DNA of 64,000 nucleotides from a virus (IMGVR_UViG_3300045988_166693:51420-115419), one strand, 5' to 3'. Shown: positions 1-8,273, counted from the stretch's first letter. The notes: generated from the sequence alone by a model not told the origin. Numbers and translations are program-made.

Positions 1-377
1 CGGATCTTCATACCCTTGAGCACCTGCGAAGCCTGCTCATACAGGCACTCGGCCAGGGTGTCGGCCCTGGTCTGACCTACACTGGTCCATGCTTCCCAGC
101 CGCGTCCGGTCATCCACTGCGAGCCGTTTCCGGCTGCATTCAGGTGGATGGAAACCAGAATGCTGTCCTTCACGCGGTTGGCGCGTGCGCAACGCTCCTG
201 CAGGGAGATGTCTTTCTCTTCGGGGACGAGCAGCTGTGCGTCCAGACCTTTGGCCTTGAGCGCACTGACCACTCTTGCGGCTATTTCTCGGGCGTAGGCA
301 TACTCCCTCACCCGTCCGTCGGGAGACCGCTTCCCGGCGGTATCCGATCCGTGCCCGTTGTCAATCCAGATTTTCAT
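1..377 (-). CDS. N-acetylmuramoyl-L-alanine amidase (endolysin), C-terminal part runs off the window
   Basis: Own translation of the minus strand from ATG 377..375 gives MKIWIDNGHGSDTAGKRSPDGRVREYAYAREIAARV...VSIHLNAAGNGSQWMTGRGWEAW. The DxGHG and SIHxNA motifs match Amidase_3-type lysins. It is absent from the ORF track because it is open at the window edge. Confidence 0.8.
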   Translation of the reverse strand, partial: MKIWIDNGHGSDTAGKRSPDGRVREYAYAREIAARVVSALKAKGLDAQLLVPEEKDISLQERCARANRVKDSILVSIHLNAAGNGSQWMTGRGWEAWTSVGQTRADTLAECLYEQASQVLKGMKI

Positions 378-443
378 TTCGGGAAAAGTTTAGTGTCAGT
401 TTAGTTTTTGTGTTGTGCTTGTTTCTTTGTGTTGTGGCTGTTC

Positions 444-1019
444 TTATGCAGAAGCCAGGACTCCGGCTTTTTCCAGCTCGTCAATAAGCTTGTTCAACAC
501 CGTGTGGGCATCAGCCTGTCCGGTTGCGTCAGTCACGTGAGCGCCCTGTTTCACCAGACCTGCCTTACCCGACGTAGCATTGGTGTAAGTCGTATCGGTC
601 CAGTTTACCGTTACATAGGCTTTCCCGCTTCCGTCTACCTTTACAGCATAGTTCTTGCTGTTTTCGGAATAGCCGGTCTGGATACCTCCCAGCGCAGAAT
701 CAGTGGCTTTCGGAAGCACATAGCTTTCACCACCGCCGCCACCGCCGGCTGCTGCGGAATCCTTGATGACCAATGCCTTGACTTTTTTCACCTCTACATC
801 GCTCAGCAGACGCACCTTCATGCCGGCAGGTACGTTGATTTCGATGACGGTATTGGTGAAATTCACCGTCTCCATCGTGACAGGTTCCATGGTGTCAATA
901 AACTGGGAGATTGTAAGTCTTCCGGATTTCACACCCTGAATCTGCACCATTGTACGTCCTTCGGAAGTATATTCGGCCATATAGCCTTCTGCTCCCTTCT
1001 TAAAACTGATTTCGTCCAT
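444..1019 (-). CDS. fibre-like virion protein with a Gly6 hinge
   Basis: 191-aa ORF. LPKATDSALGGIQTG and ATSGKAGLVKQGAHV resemble the ATxxxxGxV motif of phage fibre proteins. It has a GGGGGG linker. The plus-strand ORFs over it look like shadow frames. Confidence 0.5.
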   Translation of the reverse strand: MDEISFKKGAEGYMAEYTSEGRTMVQIQGVKSGRLTISQFIDTMEPVTMETVNFTNTVIEINVPAGMKVRLLSDVEVKKVKALVIKDSAAAGGGGGGESYVLPKATDSALGGIQTGYSENSKNYAVKVDGSGKAYVTVNWTDTTYTNATSGKAGLVKQGAHVTDATGQADAHTVLNKLIDELEKAGVLASA

Positions 1020-1048
1020 TGTTTGTGTTGTGTTTATGGTTTGTAACT

Positions 1049-1681
1049 TTATTTATACGGATTCTCCCGGTACTCCGGAAGAATGAACTGTATGTTCACC
1101 GCCGCTTCATGCAGCACCTTGTGTACCTGCTCCTCGCTCACCTCCATTTCGTCGGTAAATTCGGTGAAGATGTTTCCTACCCAGTCGGACGCGCTGTTGA
1201 GTCTCTTGATGGCTACGGCCTTGCATCCGTTTGTGACGAAAAGCGATTTCGCCATCTTGTCCTTCACCTGCGTGTCGATGTCGGTGAAGCAGAGATACAG
1301 GTTCTCCGCCAGTCCCTGACTGAACACCGCCATCTCGCTCATGGGCAGACGCTGTACATTGTCCTTCATGCCCGAAACCCCCTTGCGCTTTACCTCGAAA
1401 TAGATGGAAAGAAAGGCTGCGTTCCCCAACGGGTGTGGCTGCACGATGTAAACCCTGTCGGCTTTTGTTTCGTAGAGCACTTTCCACAACTCGCCGAACA
1501 CCTTTGCCGTGTTCTCGCTCCGTTTGAATCCCAACCGTTCGGTCTCCTGTTTGTATCGCTCCAGCTTGAGATCATTCATTTTGTCGCGAAACTTCCGGTT
1601 CCTTTTGTCAATCCAGTTGAGAACAAAGGTTATGATAGAAAGTGCACCTGCAAAAATAGCCGCTACCATTTCTGCACCCAT
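1049..1681 (-). CDS. hypothetical protein with N-terminal transmembrane anchor
   Basis: 210-aa ORF with hydrophobic N-terminus MVAAIFAGALSIITFVL. It sits in the same operon as the holin-like and amidase genes. Confidence 0.5.
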   Translation of the reverse strand: MGAEMVAAIFAGALSIITFVLNWIDKRNRKFRDKMNDLKLERYKQETERLGFKRSENTAKVFGELWKVLYETKADRVYIVQPHPLGNAAFLSIYFEVKRKGVSGMKDNVQRLPMSEMAVFSQGLAENLYLCFTDIDTQVKDKMAKSLFVTNGCKAVAIKRLNSASDWVGNIFTEFTDEMEVSEEQVHKVLHEAAVNIQFILPEYRENPYK

Positions 1682-1699
1682 TCCGTCTGCTCCTTTCTG

Positions 1700-2101
1700 T
1701 TATTCCTTCTTAGGTAGTGTCTGATCTTTTTTAAAAAGTTCCCCGATGGCTTTCACCAGATTATAGAACCCGCATCCGGACAGTCCGGCAGCCACTCCGT
1801 AGATCAGCGCACCCCACCACGCATAAACCGACAGCAGCGGAGACACCTGAAGCGCCCATGCCACCATGCAGACTACAATACCCACGGCACACGACATACC
1901 GATCTTTGCCAGACGGTTGCCGGCCACGGCAGGGATCAGCTTCGCGATCTGCGTCACGATGGCCGAAATAAGTGCTACGATACCGGTAAACGTACCCAGG
2001 TCGATTGCGAAATCACCTCCGGCGGTTTCAGTTCCGGAAACTTCCTGTGCGAAGAGTGCACAGGGCATCAGCATTGCAAAGAGTAAAATCATCTTTTTCA
2101 T
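1700..2101 (-). CDS. holin-like membrane protein
   Basis: 133 aa with a signal-peptide-like N-terminus and about three hydrophobic helices. It is the first gene after the promoter at 2145..2187 and lies upstream of the amidase. Confidence 0.45.
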   Translation of the reverse strand: MKKMILLFAMLMPCALFAQEVSGTETAGGDFAIDLGTFTGIVALISAIVTQIAKLIPAVAGNRLAKIGMSCAVGIVVCMVAWALQVSPLLSVYAWWGALIYGVAAGLSGCGFYNLVKAIGELFKKDQTLPKKE

Positions 2102-2144
2102 TTTGTCGTCTTTTTTTAGTTAAACATCTGTTTTTCTTGCAATA

Positions 2145-2187
2145 CAAAGTTAGGAATTGGGCATTTCAGAATGAAGGACAAAAAAAA
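2145..2187 (-). promoter_or_regulatory. conserved late-type promoter (TTTTTTGTCCTTCA, 19-nt spacer, TAACTTTG)
   Basis: In minus sense it reads TTTTTTTTGTCCTTCA, 19 nt, then TAACTTTG (Bacteroidota -7 box TAnnTTTG). The same architecture occurs at 7350, 15919, 17018 and 31181 (minus) and at 41932 (plus). Confidence 0.55.
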
Positions 2188-2188
2188 T

Positions 2189-2210
2189 AGCCCGATCTCA
2201 CGACCAGGCT
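2189..2210 (-). terminator. intrinsic terminator hairpin feeding into the promoter U/T tract
   Basis: In minus sense AGCCTGGTC-GTGA-GATCGGGCT (9-bp stem including G-U pairs) is followed by ATTTTTTTT. A near-identical copy lies at 7394..7415. Confidence 0.5.
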
Positions 2211-2241
2211 AACGATATAATAATTATATCCTATTTTTTCT

Positions 2242-2475
2242 TTACAAACACCCGATAATAATACCTACCGCATCAGCTATAAGGCCTTTCTTGTCGAATG
2301 TGCCTTTCTTCATCAGTTTATCCCAAACAACTTCCTTCCCCACTCCGGCCAATGCGGCAACTAATACCGCTACCCACAGAGGAAGGATCAGGTTAAGGAC
2401 AACTACCATCACATTGCTCGCAATGACGTGCTTTAGTCCGTCATGTCCGAAATAATTGAATACTTTGCTTATCAT
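2242..2475 (-). CDS. small two-helix membrane protein
   Basis: 77 aa with two hydrophobic segments (VMVVVLNLILPLWVAVLVAALAG and LIADAVGIIIGCL). Its start overlaps the upstream gene's stop. Confidence 0.5.
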   Translation of the reverse strand: MISKVFNYFGHDGLKHVIASNVMVVVLNLILPLWVAVLVAALAGVGKEVVWDKLMKKGTFDKKGLIADAVGIIIGCL

Positions 2476-3182
2476 GCTTCTACTTTTTGAACAAATCCAC
2501 CACTTACAAGGTCTGCAAGGTTATGAGTTACCTTGTTGCCTGTATTTCTGATACACTTATATACTACTCCGCTTTGGGTGTAATACTTGCCTTCTTCCAG
2601 TATCATTCCCTGCCACATCGGATTTAACTCTTCGTTGTAAGGTATCGGGTCTTCCAATGTTCCTTCGTGATCTTCTACTACTTCAACCCATAAAGACGAC
2701 TGGTTCCCCGGAGACCAGTTAGATTGCGTAGTGTGATCCTGCATTACTTCGTAAAGTTTCCCGTTGTACTTATACTTTTCTCCCTGTTTTACCTGCACGC
2801 TGTCTGCCGACCATTCGGGATAAAACTCTTTAACCGACAATGCTTCCTTGTTGGTAAGATTGAGTGTGCCGATAATCTCATTAACCATAGCGACATCTTT
2901 TTTCAACCGTTCCAAATCTGAATACTTCGGCATTACTCCACTTTCAGCAGTCCAAATCTCATCTTCCTGCACTTCTTCGCCTGTTCGTTTCCATATCTGC
3001 ACGAAGCATACATCATACTCCCTGTAAACACAAAACTCCGCATCGGACGGCTGTTCCACTTCGCAAACAGGTTTATATCCTTGTGCGATAATTTCCTCTT
3101 CGGTAAGCTTTCCGCCCACCTGCACTCCTTTTTCCACTTCAAGCGTCTGAAGTGTTCCTTCTGTAATTTTTCCGTACTTCAT
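2472..3182 (-). CDS. fibre-associated protein with CBM5/12-like carbohydrate-binding repeat; paralog of 8287..8931
   Basis: Trimmed to the ATG at 3182 (MKYGKITEG), because the track start overlaps the RT gene. KQGEKYKYNGKLYEVMQDHTTQSNWSPGNQSSLWVEV resembles the chitin-binding type-3 motif. The C-terminal EDPIPYN...GKYYTQSGVVYKCIRNTG is shared with 8287..8931. Confidence 0.55.
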   Translation of the reverse strand: MKYGKITEGTLQTLEVEKGVQVGGKLTEEEIIAQGYKPVCEVEQPSDAEFCVYREYDVCFVQIWKRTGEEVQEDEIWTAESGVMPKYSDLERLKKDVAMVNEIIGTLNLTNKEALSVKEFYPEWSADSVQVKQGEKYKYNGKLYEVMQDHTTQSNWSPGNQSSLWVEVVEDHEGTLEDPIPYNEELNPMWQGMILEEGKYYTQSGVVYKCIRNTGNKVTHNLADLVSGGFVQKVEA

Positions 3183-3219
3183 ATTATTAATGTTTTTAAA
3201 TATTGCTATCAATTGTCCG

Positions 3220-4692
3220 TTATGCTCGCATATATGCAGGCTCGCGGAGCTGTAGGGGGAACCTCCTTTTCGGATAGTACCTTGTCGGCGGTTTGAATAT
3301 GGAAGCATAGTCGTTCAGGTTTAGATATGATGTCTTGTTTGGTTTATACTTGTCTTTCAGCACACAGACGAACCTGCCGTTCTTGTTGCGGAAATACAGC
3401 CATTCGGAGAATGTTTCCAGAGCTTTCTTTGCTATGCGCTTTTTGATGTTGAAGGACGCTGTTCCTTTCATCAGACCGAAATAGCTGTTTATGCTTTGCA
3501 TGACGTGTACGGCGTTATCGTACGACGGCATCCGGCTGTATTCTTCTATCGCTGTATGGAGGGCATGTACTGTACGGTTGGATATGTAAATACGGTTCAG
3601 CTTTACTACCTTTCCGCAGAACTTTACTCCGTGTAAGGCCGGCTGTATGTAGAATTTATCGGGATGGACTTTGAGTTTCAACCGCTCGGCTACTTTGATG
3701 AATACTTTCCGGGCATGGATTATTTCGGATGCGGTTTCTGCCACCACGCATATATCATCTACAAACCGTGTGTATCTAACTCCGGTTTTTATCATTTCCG
3801 CATCGGCTTCGGCCATGACGAGGTTTGCCAACAATTGGGAATAGAAGTTTCCAATCGGGAGTCCTTTTTCGGGCGGGAGTCCGAAAAGGCTTTTGTTGGG
3901 CGGTACTTTATCCCACATTTTTATATCGGAACGTCGCTCGCAGTCTGTGGCCGGATTATGCTGTATCAGGGTGTGAAGCAGGAGGAGTTTTTCCTCCTTA
4001 TCGGGCTTGTCGTAGTACATATCGGCGTATTTCCGCAAGATACGGTATGCTGTTTCCTTGTCTATCGACATAAAGAAGCCTGATATGTCCATTGTGGCTA
4101 CGAAGGCTTTCTTTGTGTAGCCGTCCGTTATATCACGGATGTTCCGCTGTATCTGCTCGATGGCTGTAGATGCGGAATGTCCGATACGGTTGCCGTGGCT
4201 TACATCACCATTGGCTTCATGGACTTTCTCGCATATCTCTCCAAGCATCGGGGCAACGTAGTGGTGCACGATGCGGTCGGTGTAGTTTGCTGCGAAAACT
4301 TCTCTATACACAGGGTAGTCGAGGACAAAGCAGATGCTTGTCTGTGGCTGGTATCCGTTGTCTATCCTGTTTATCAATTCATAAATACGCGACAGGTTGA
4401 AATGGAACGATGCTGCTTCGAGCGATGCGTGCTTGTTTTTGTAACAGTCGCTTTCGGCAGCTATCCAGGCGGACACTTTTTCTGATAAATCGGAGGCGGG
4501 CACCACACTATAGGTGTTGTTCGTGTTGTTGTTGTTCAAGTTGCCATTGCCCATGTTCACATACCAGGCATTGTTGCCATTGTTGCGGACACAGCTCCAG
4601 ACGTTGCCGCCCAGGACTTCTGCCCTGTTAATCGAAATAGCTTGCTCACTGCAAGCACAGGGACCTTTATCATTAAACAGTTCTGCCGACAT
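3220..4692 (-). CDS. DGR reverse transcriptase; the ORF as drawn also contains the TR, and the RT proper probably begins near 4476
   Basis: GLPIGNFYSQLLANL matches the DGR-specific I/LGxxxSQ motif. RFVDDI is the YxDD box. The N-terminal region CYKNKHASLEAASFHFNL...YQPQTSICFVL...DRIVHHYV parallels the Brt-type N-terminus. It lies next to avd, the TR and the VR-bearing target. Confidence 0.9.
   Translation of the reverse strand: MSAELFNDKGPCACSEQAISINRAEVLGGNVWSCVRNNGNNAWYVNMGNGNLNNNNTNNTYSVVPASDLSEKVSAWIAAESDCYKNKHASLEAASFHFNLSRIYELINRIDNGYQPQTSICFVLDYPVYREVFAANYTDRIVHHYVAPMLGEICEKVHEANGDVSHGNRIGHSASTAIEQIQRNIRDITDGYTKKAFVATMDISGFFMSIDKETAYRILRKYADMYYDKPDKEEKLLLLHTLIQHNPATDCERRSDIKMWDKVPPNKSLFGLPPEKGLPIGNFYSQLLANLVMAEADAEMIKTGVRYTRFVDDICVVAETASEIIHARKVFIKVAERLKLKVHPDKFYIQPALHGVKFCGKVVKLNRIYISNRTVHALHTAIEEYSRMPSYDNAVHVMQSINSYFGLMKGTASFNIKKRIAKKALETFSEWLYFRNKNGRFVCVLKDKYKPNKTSYLNLNDYASIFKPPTRYYPKRRFPLQLREPAYMRA
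4491..4618 (-). repeat. DGR template repeat (TR), 128 nt
   Basis: It aligns base for base with 5135..5262. There are 18 mismatches, and all of them are at plus-strand T, which is adenine in the transcribed sense. It encodes the Asn-rich NNGNNAWYVNMGNGNLNNNNTNNTYS. Confidence 0.9.
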
Positions 4693-4695
4693 AGT

Positions 4696-5049
4696 TCAAG
4701 ACTTTTCGGTTCTGACATTCTTTATCCTCGCAAGCGAAGATAAAATGTTATCGCACAAAACGTCTATTACAGACGCTTTCTCTTTGCTGCATCCTCCAAG
4801 AGCCACTATCAAGTATATCCCAAACTGCAATTCGTATGTCAGTTCTGTAGCTCTTTTATAATAGTCCATTCCGCGGACCTGACGCATAGCGTAACTGAAA
4901 AGCAATGCGCCTTGCTTCAGCATTGGGTCTATATATGTTCTGCTTATGACCTTATAAGCTTTGCTGTTGATTTCTATGAGACAATTATTCAGGCGTATAA
5001 CGTCCTGAATAATTGGTGCATCCAAATGTTTCCTCCCGGATCTGTTCAT
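4696..5049 (-). CDS. avd: DGR accessory variability determinant (Avd-like four-helix-bundle protein)
   Basis: 117 aa, helical and basic, placed exactly between the VR-bearing target and the TR/RT as in BPP-1-type DGRs. Confidence 0.65.
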   Translation of the reverse strand: MNRSGRKHLDAPIIQDVIRLNNCLIEINSKAYKVISRTYIDPMLKQGALLFSYAMRQVRGMDYYKRATELTYELQFGIYLIVALGGCSKEKASVIDVLCDNILSSLARIKNVRTEKS

Positions 5050-5099
5050 TTCTATTGTCGCGTATTAAATGTTAATATATTTTAATGCAAAAGTTGATG

Positions 5100-5118
5100 A
5101 GCCGTGCTCCGCACGGCT
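5100..5118 (-). promoter_or_regulatory. GC hairpin downstream of the VR (DGR homing-enhancing hairpin position, or terminator)
   Basis: aGCCGTGC-TCC-GCACGGCt forms an 8-bp stem with a 3-nt loop, 16 nt beyond the VR 3' end. Confidence 0.55.
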
Positions 5119-5126
5119 GAGATAAA

Positions 5127-6545
5127 TCAAAAAGCGGAGGCGGGCACCACACTATAGGTGCTGCCCGTGCTGCTGCTGGTCAAGGTGCCACCGCCCATGC
5201 CCACACACCAGGCACTGCCGCCACCGTTGCGGACACAGCTCCAGACGTTGCCGCCCAGGACTGCAGGAACTCCCCATTTCTCATAACTGTTAAGATAGTT
5301 TATTAATCCTGAAATTATGCTTTTGTTTGTCCAGTATGGATATAATTCTTTCTCTCCGGCCATATATTTATTTTCAAGAGATTTAATGTAATACACAGCA
5401 TGAGAGTCCGCCATATTCCAGTCATAATTTGTACTGGAATTGCCGGGTCTGCTTATGTATGGGGTAATGATATACCAATAACCGTCAACGGTAATTGCTT
5501 CTGCTCCTTTTGCTCCCGGAGAAAGAAGAGGTCGTTCGGCAGAATTTACTCCGGTGTCGTTCATGTTTACACCGTTTGTTTTCTGCTGTTCGTACAGCCA
5601 TTCAGCATATTCAGGTTTGAAATAGTATGCGTTGTTTACCGAATGCCTGTTATTTGTATTGTACATTGCTTTCAAGCCTGTATTCTGGCCGTTTACGAAG
5701 AAAAACATATCTTCGCCTGCCTGAGCCTGTGTACCTGACGAATTCAGGATTTCCAGATCGGTTATTGTGCCTTCTGCTTCAGAAGATGTTATGCCGCTAC
5801 AGATAGCAAACCTGTGGCGAAGCCATTCATTCTGTACATACATGGCTTCAAGACGTTCGGCGTAATTATCCGCTATCATAGCATTTACATTGCCGCAATT
5901 CTTTTCCATTATCCAGCGTTGCCTGGTATTGCCGCTGTAAAGTTCAAGCTTATCGTCTTCAGTTACGGTTACGCTCCAGTCGGCTGCAAAGTGACTTCCT
6001 ACGGTATGTGTGCCAAGGTTTTCATCTACTGTCCCATGATAGTCAGTACCTTCGCGTACGCCGGTCATCTGGTCGTATTCATAAATTGAGTGTTGCATAG
6101 CGTTTGATGCTTTGTTTGTGGTACCGGATGTGGCGTAATATTCTCCCTTCCACGGCCAATAAAGAATGGCTCTGATACCGTTACATTCCAAAGAAAAACC
6201 TACAGGAGGAGCAATGAGTTCATTGTCAAAGCCATTTGCCATGCTTCGGTCGTTCCATTCTTTTACTGTGTAATGTTTCAGGTCTGCATCTACAATCTTG
6301 ATATGGTCGTTTGTGGCTATCGCTGCAGTCTTTCCTTCACTCGTGGTGATAATGGTCGAACGTACCGGCAGTATCAGCATTTGCGATTCAAGGGCGTATT
6401 CATCCACTGTCGGAATGGCTGCTATTTTAGCCGGGTATTCGGAAAGGATTTCTCCGACATTTTCCACTCCTTTTGCCTCAATAGCTGCCTTAATCGCAGC
6501 TTTACTGGCTAATATCTTGTTTAGTTTGTCTGCTGTTGTTCCCAT
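5127..6545 (-). CDS. DGR target: tail-fibre/receptor-binding-like protein with C-terminal C-type-lectin-fold variable region
   Basis: 472 aa with a fibre-like N-terminus MGTTADKLNKILASKAAIKAAIEAKG. The C-terminus GGNVWSCVRNGGGSAWCVGMGGGTLTSSSTGSTYSVVPASAF is the VR-encoded CLec/FGE-like ligand-binding tip. Confidence 0.85.
   Translation of the reverse strand: MGTTADKLNKILASKAAIKAAIEAKGVENVGEILSEYPAKIAAIPTVDEYALESQMLILPVRSTIITTSEGKTAAIATNDHIKIVDADLKHYTVKEWNDRSMANGFDNELIAPPVGFSLECNGIRAILYWPWKGEYYATSGTTNKASNAMQHSIYEYDQMTGVREGTDYHGTVDENLGTHTVGSHFAADWSVTVTEDDKLELYSGNTRQRWIMEKNCGNVNAMIADNYAERLEAMYVQNEWLRHRFAICSGITSSEAEGTITDLEILNSSGTQAQAGEDMFFFVNGQNTGLKAMYNTNNRHSVNNAYYFKPEYAEWLYEQQKTNGVNMNDTGVNSAERPLLSPGAKGAEAITVDGYWYIITPYISRPGNSSTNYDWNMADSHAVYYIKSLENKYMAGEKELYPYWTNKSIISGLINYLNSYEKWGVPAVLGGNVWSCVRNGGGSAWCVGMGGGTLTSSSTGSTYSVVPASAF
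5135..5262 (-). repeat. DGR variable repeat (VR), 128 nt
   Basis: This is the counterpart of the TR at 4491..4618. Of the 18 substitutions, 16 are A-to-G and 2 are A-to-C relative to the TR. The first 26 and last 37 plus-strand nucleotides are identical. Confidence 0.9.
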
Positions 6546-6796
6546 TATATAACTTCTCCGTTTATATTGTCAAGGATTGAGTTGATATCTCCTATCTGGT
6601 CGATTGTCGCATACTTTTTATCTGCTTGTAAACCCGTGATAAAGCCGCTTACATCGGGAATATCACTGGGTTTGGCCAGCTGATCTGTCTGTATATATTT
6701 TTGCGTACCATTATCGGAAACATAAATTCGCTCCGTGCCTTTTATATCTTCCAGTTTAGTCTGTACCTGACTTAATTTTGTTCCTGTAATTGCCAT
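6545..6796 (-). CDS. small fibre-module protein
   Basis: 83 aa. Its stop overlaps the target gene's ATG (TAATG), consistent with translational coupling. Confidence 0.5.
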   Translation of the reverse strand: MAITGTKLSQVQTKLEDIKGTERIYVSDNGTQKYIQTDQLAKPSDIPDVSGFITGLQADKKYATIDQIGDINSILDNINGEVI

Positions 6797-6850
6797 AATA
6801 TTATCCTATTTTATATATCTCCAATACTTTTCATATCCAGGCATGGATTT

Positions 6851-7057
6851 CTACAGCTCTGACTCCAGCCTAAAGTACGTGCCGTCCTCCATCAGAAATA
6901 GACTGCCATCCTCCATAAGAAGCGCGTCCGAAATCTGAGGGATATCTTCTCCTCCAGAATCTTCACACAAATTACATGTGCAAATGTCTTCAGGTATTCT
7001 TATTTCAGCAATGCGTATGGCTCCTATATCAGTTTGCGCCAAATGGATTCCTTTCAT
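6851..7057 (-). CDS. hypothetical acidic protein
   Basis: 68 aa with an ATGA overlap to the upstream gene. Confidence 0.4.
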   Translation of the reverse strand: MKGIHLAQTDIGAIRIAEIRIPEDICTCNLCEDSGGEDIPQISDALLMEDGSLFLMEDGTYFRLESEL

Positions 7058-7335
7058 TGACCAGCCTCCCTTATAGTCGCCCTAACAGGCTTGTTTGTCA
7101 CTGAAATCTTTATATTTTTGGGATATACTGCATGACAGAAATCAGCATCAATCACTTCTCCCCAGCTTGACTGCTGGTAGCATTTCTTGTACCTTCCCTC
7201 GTTACTTCCACGCTGGTATAAGATAAAAGAACCAACCTCTTCCATTTCAATATGCAGATTATAATCTGCATTTACCTGAACTTCCGCCGAAAACATATTT
7301 TCATCGGGATTGAACACTAATTGTTTTTCTTCCAT
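7054..7335 (-). CDS. hypothetical protein
   Basis: Trimmed to ATG 7335 (MEEKQLVF), which lies 14 nt downstream of the -7 box. The track start falls inside the promoter. Confidence 0.5.
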   Translation of the reverse strand: MEEKQLVFNPDENMFSAEVQVNADYNLHIEMEEVGSFILYQRGSNEGRYKKCYQQSSWGEVIDADFCHAVYPKNIKISVTNKPVRATIREAGQ

Positions 7336-7349
7336 ATCTTTTTTTATTG

Positions 7350-7392
7350 TAAAGATAAAGATTAACGGAACATATTTGAAGGACAAAAAAAA
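7350..7392 (-). promoter_or_regulatory. late-type promoter copy (TATCTTTA box at the same 19-nt spacing)
   Basis: In minus sense it reads TTTTTTTTGTCCTTCA, 19 nt, then TATCTTTA. It is preceded by the terminator hairpin at 7394..7415, which is near-identical to 2189..2210. Confidence 0.5.
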
Positions 7393-7458
7393 TAGCCCGG
7401 TCTCACAACCAGGCTAGCCTATGGATATTATAAACAAATTGAAGTATTGATCATCCTT

Positions 7459-7594
7459 TGAAAAAAGAAGGAGACGATTTCTCGTCTCCTCCCCACATTC
7501 TATCACTCATTGAGCACTACCTCATTATAGAATGTCGTTTAATTCTCACTCTTCGGAATAGATCGCGTTCTCGGTTTACACGTGCGAAATGTTT
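7459..7594 (-). ncRNA. candidate small RNA of about 135 nt
   Basis: A canonical promoter sits at 7601..7631 (minus): TTTG, 19 nt, TACCTTTG. A terminator follows at 7469..7490 (GGAGACGA-TTTC-TCGTCTCC) plus a U tract. There is an internal 8-bp stem (CATTCTAT/ATAGAATG) and no ORF longer than 19 aa. Confidence 0.3.
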
Positions 7595-7803
7595 TCGATG
7601 CAAAGGTATAGAAAAGATTATTTGCAGCAAACATTTCTGCGGATATTTGTTTGAATTATGTTAGTTTTAACTTATTTTTAACCTATTATTATCCATTTTC
7701 GCCATCCGGCGACAAAAAAGGCGGTTTTTTAAGCCCGCCCATGATCTGATCATTCGTCTTTGAGGTAGTCCAACGTATTTTATTTATATCTAATCGAAAA
7801 TAT

Positions 7804-7833
7804 AATAAAAAACCTGCCATTTTAAGGCAGGTT
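7804..7833 (-). terminator. intrinsic terminator of the fibre operon
   Basis: AACCTGCC-ATTTTAA-GGCAGGTT is followed by a U-rich tract in minus sense, just after the stop of 7860..8273. Confidence 0.6.
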
Positions 7834-7859
7834 AATTAAATAGAGATAAAAAGTATCTG

Positions 7860-8273
7860 TTAATCAAGCATGATTTTCAGAAGATCCAGTTTGGACATAG
7901 GCCACTTGTTTTCCTTTGCCAGTTGGATTGCTCCTTCATCGGAAATCTTTTCAAGAGTTACTTCTACTTCCTTTTCAAGTTCCGGTTCACAGGCTGCATC
8001 TACTTTCTTCTGGTATGGCGCAAAGAAATTGTTAAGTTCTTCCTTTTCACTCTCCGGAAGTTCATTCCACTTGCGGGCCTTTTCCTGCATTTCGTCAAAG
8101 TTCTTAGGCTTGAACTTTTCCTGTGCATCCTTCAGAAGTGCATCATAGGCTTCCACATGCTTGCGCATTTCCTTCCGGTTCTTAATAATACTGACTGCAT
8201 CTTTGTCGTTTACACTTGTGATCACTGCATCATCCAGCATTTTGTATGCTATAACTACTGTTTTAAGTTTCAT
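7860..8273 (-). CDS. hypothetical helical protein (possible fibre assembly factor)
   Basis: 137 aa, rich in Lys and Glu, and the last gene of the fibre operon. Confidence 0.45.
   Translation of the reverse strand: MKLKTVVIAYKMLDDAVITSVNDKDAVSIIKNRKEMRKHVEAYDALLKDAQEKFKPKNFDEMQEKARKWNELPESEKEELNNFFAPYQKKVDAACEPELEKEVEVTLEKISDEGAIQLAKENKWPMSKLDLLKIMLD

Noticed and set aside
408-1717. Long plus-strand ORFs (408..1046, 1019..1717) opposite the fibre-like and membrane-protein genes
   Set aside because: They have Cys/His/Arg-rich, low-complexity translations in a GC-rich region and are fully antisense to better ORFs with operon logic. These are typical shadow frames.
3220-4692. RT as a retron, group II intron or defence-associated RT
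   Set aside because: The adjacent TR/VR pair has adenine-only mismatches, an Avd-like gene is present, and the IGxxxSQ motif identifies it as a DGR RT. No msr/msd-like inverted repeats or intron domains were seen.
7458-7664. Plus-strand 68-aa ORF in the fibre-operon gap
   Set aside because: It has no start context and spans a minus-strand promoter and terminator. The region is better explained as a small-RNA unit.
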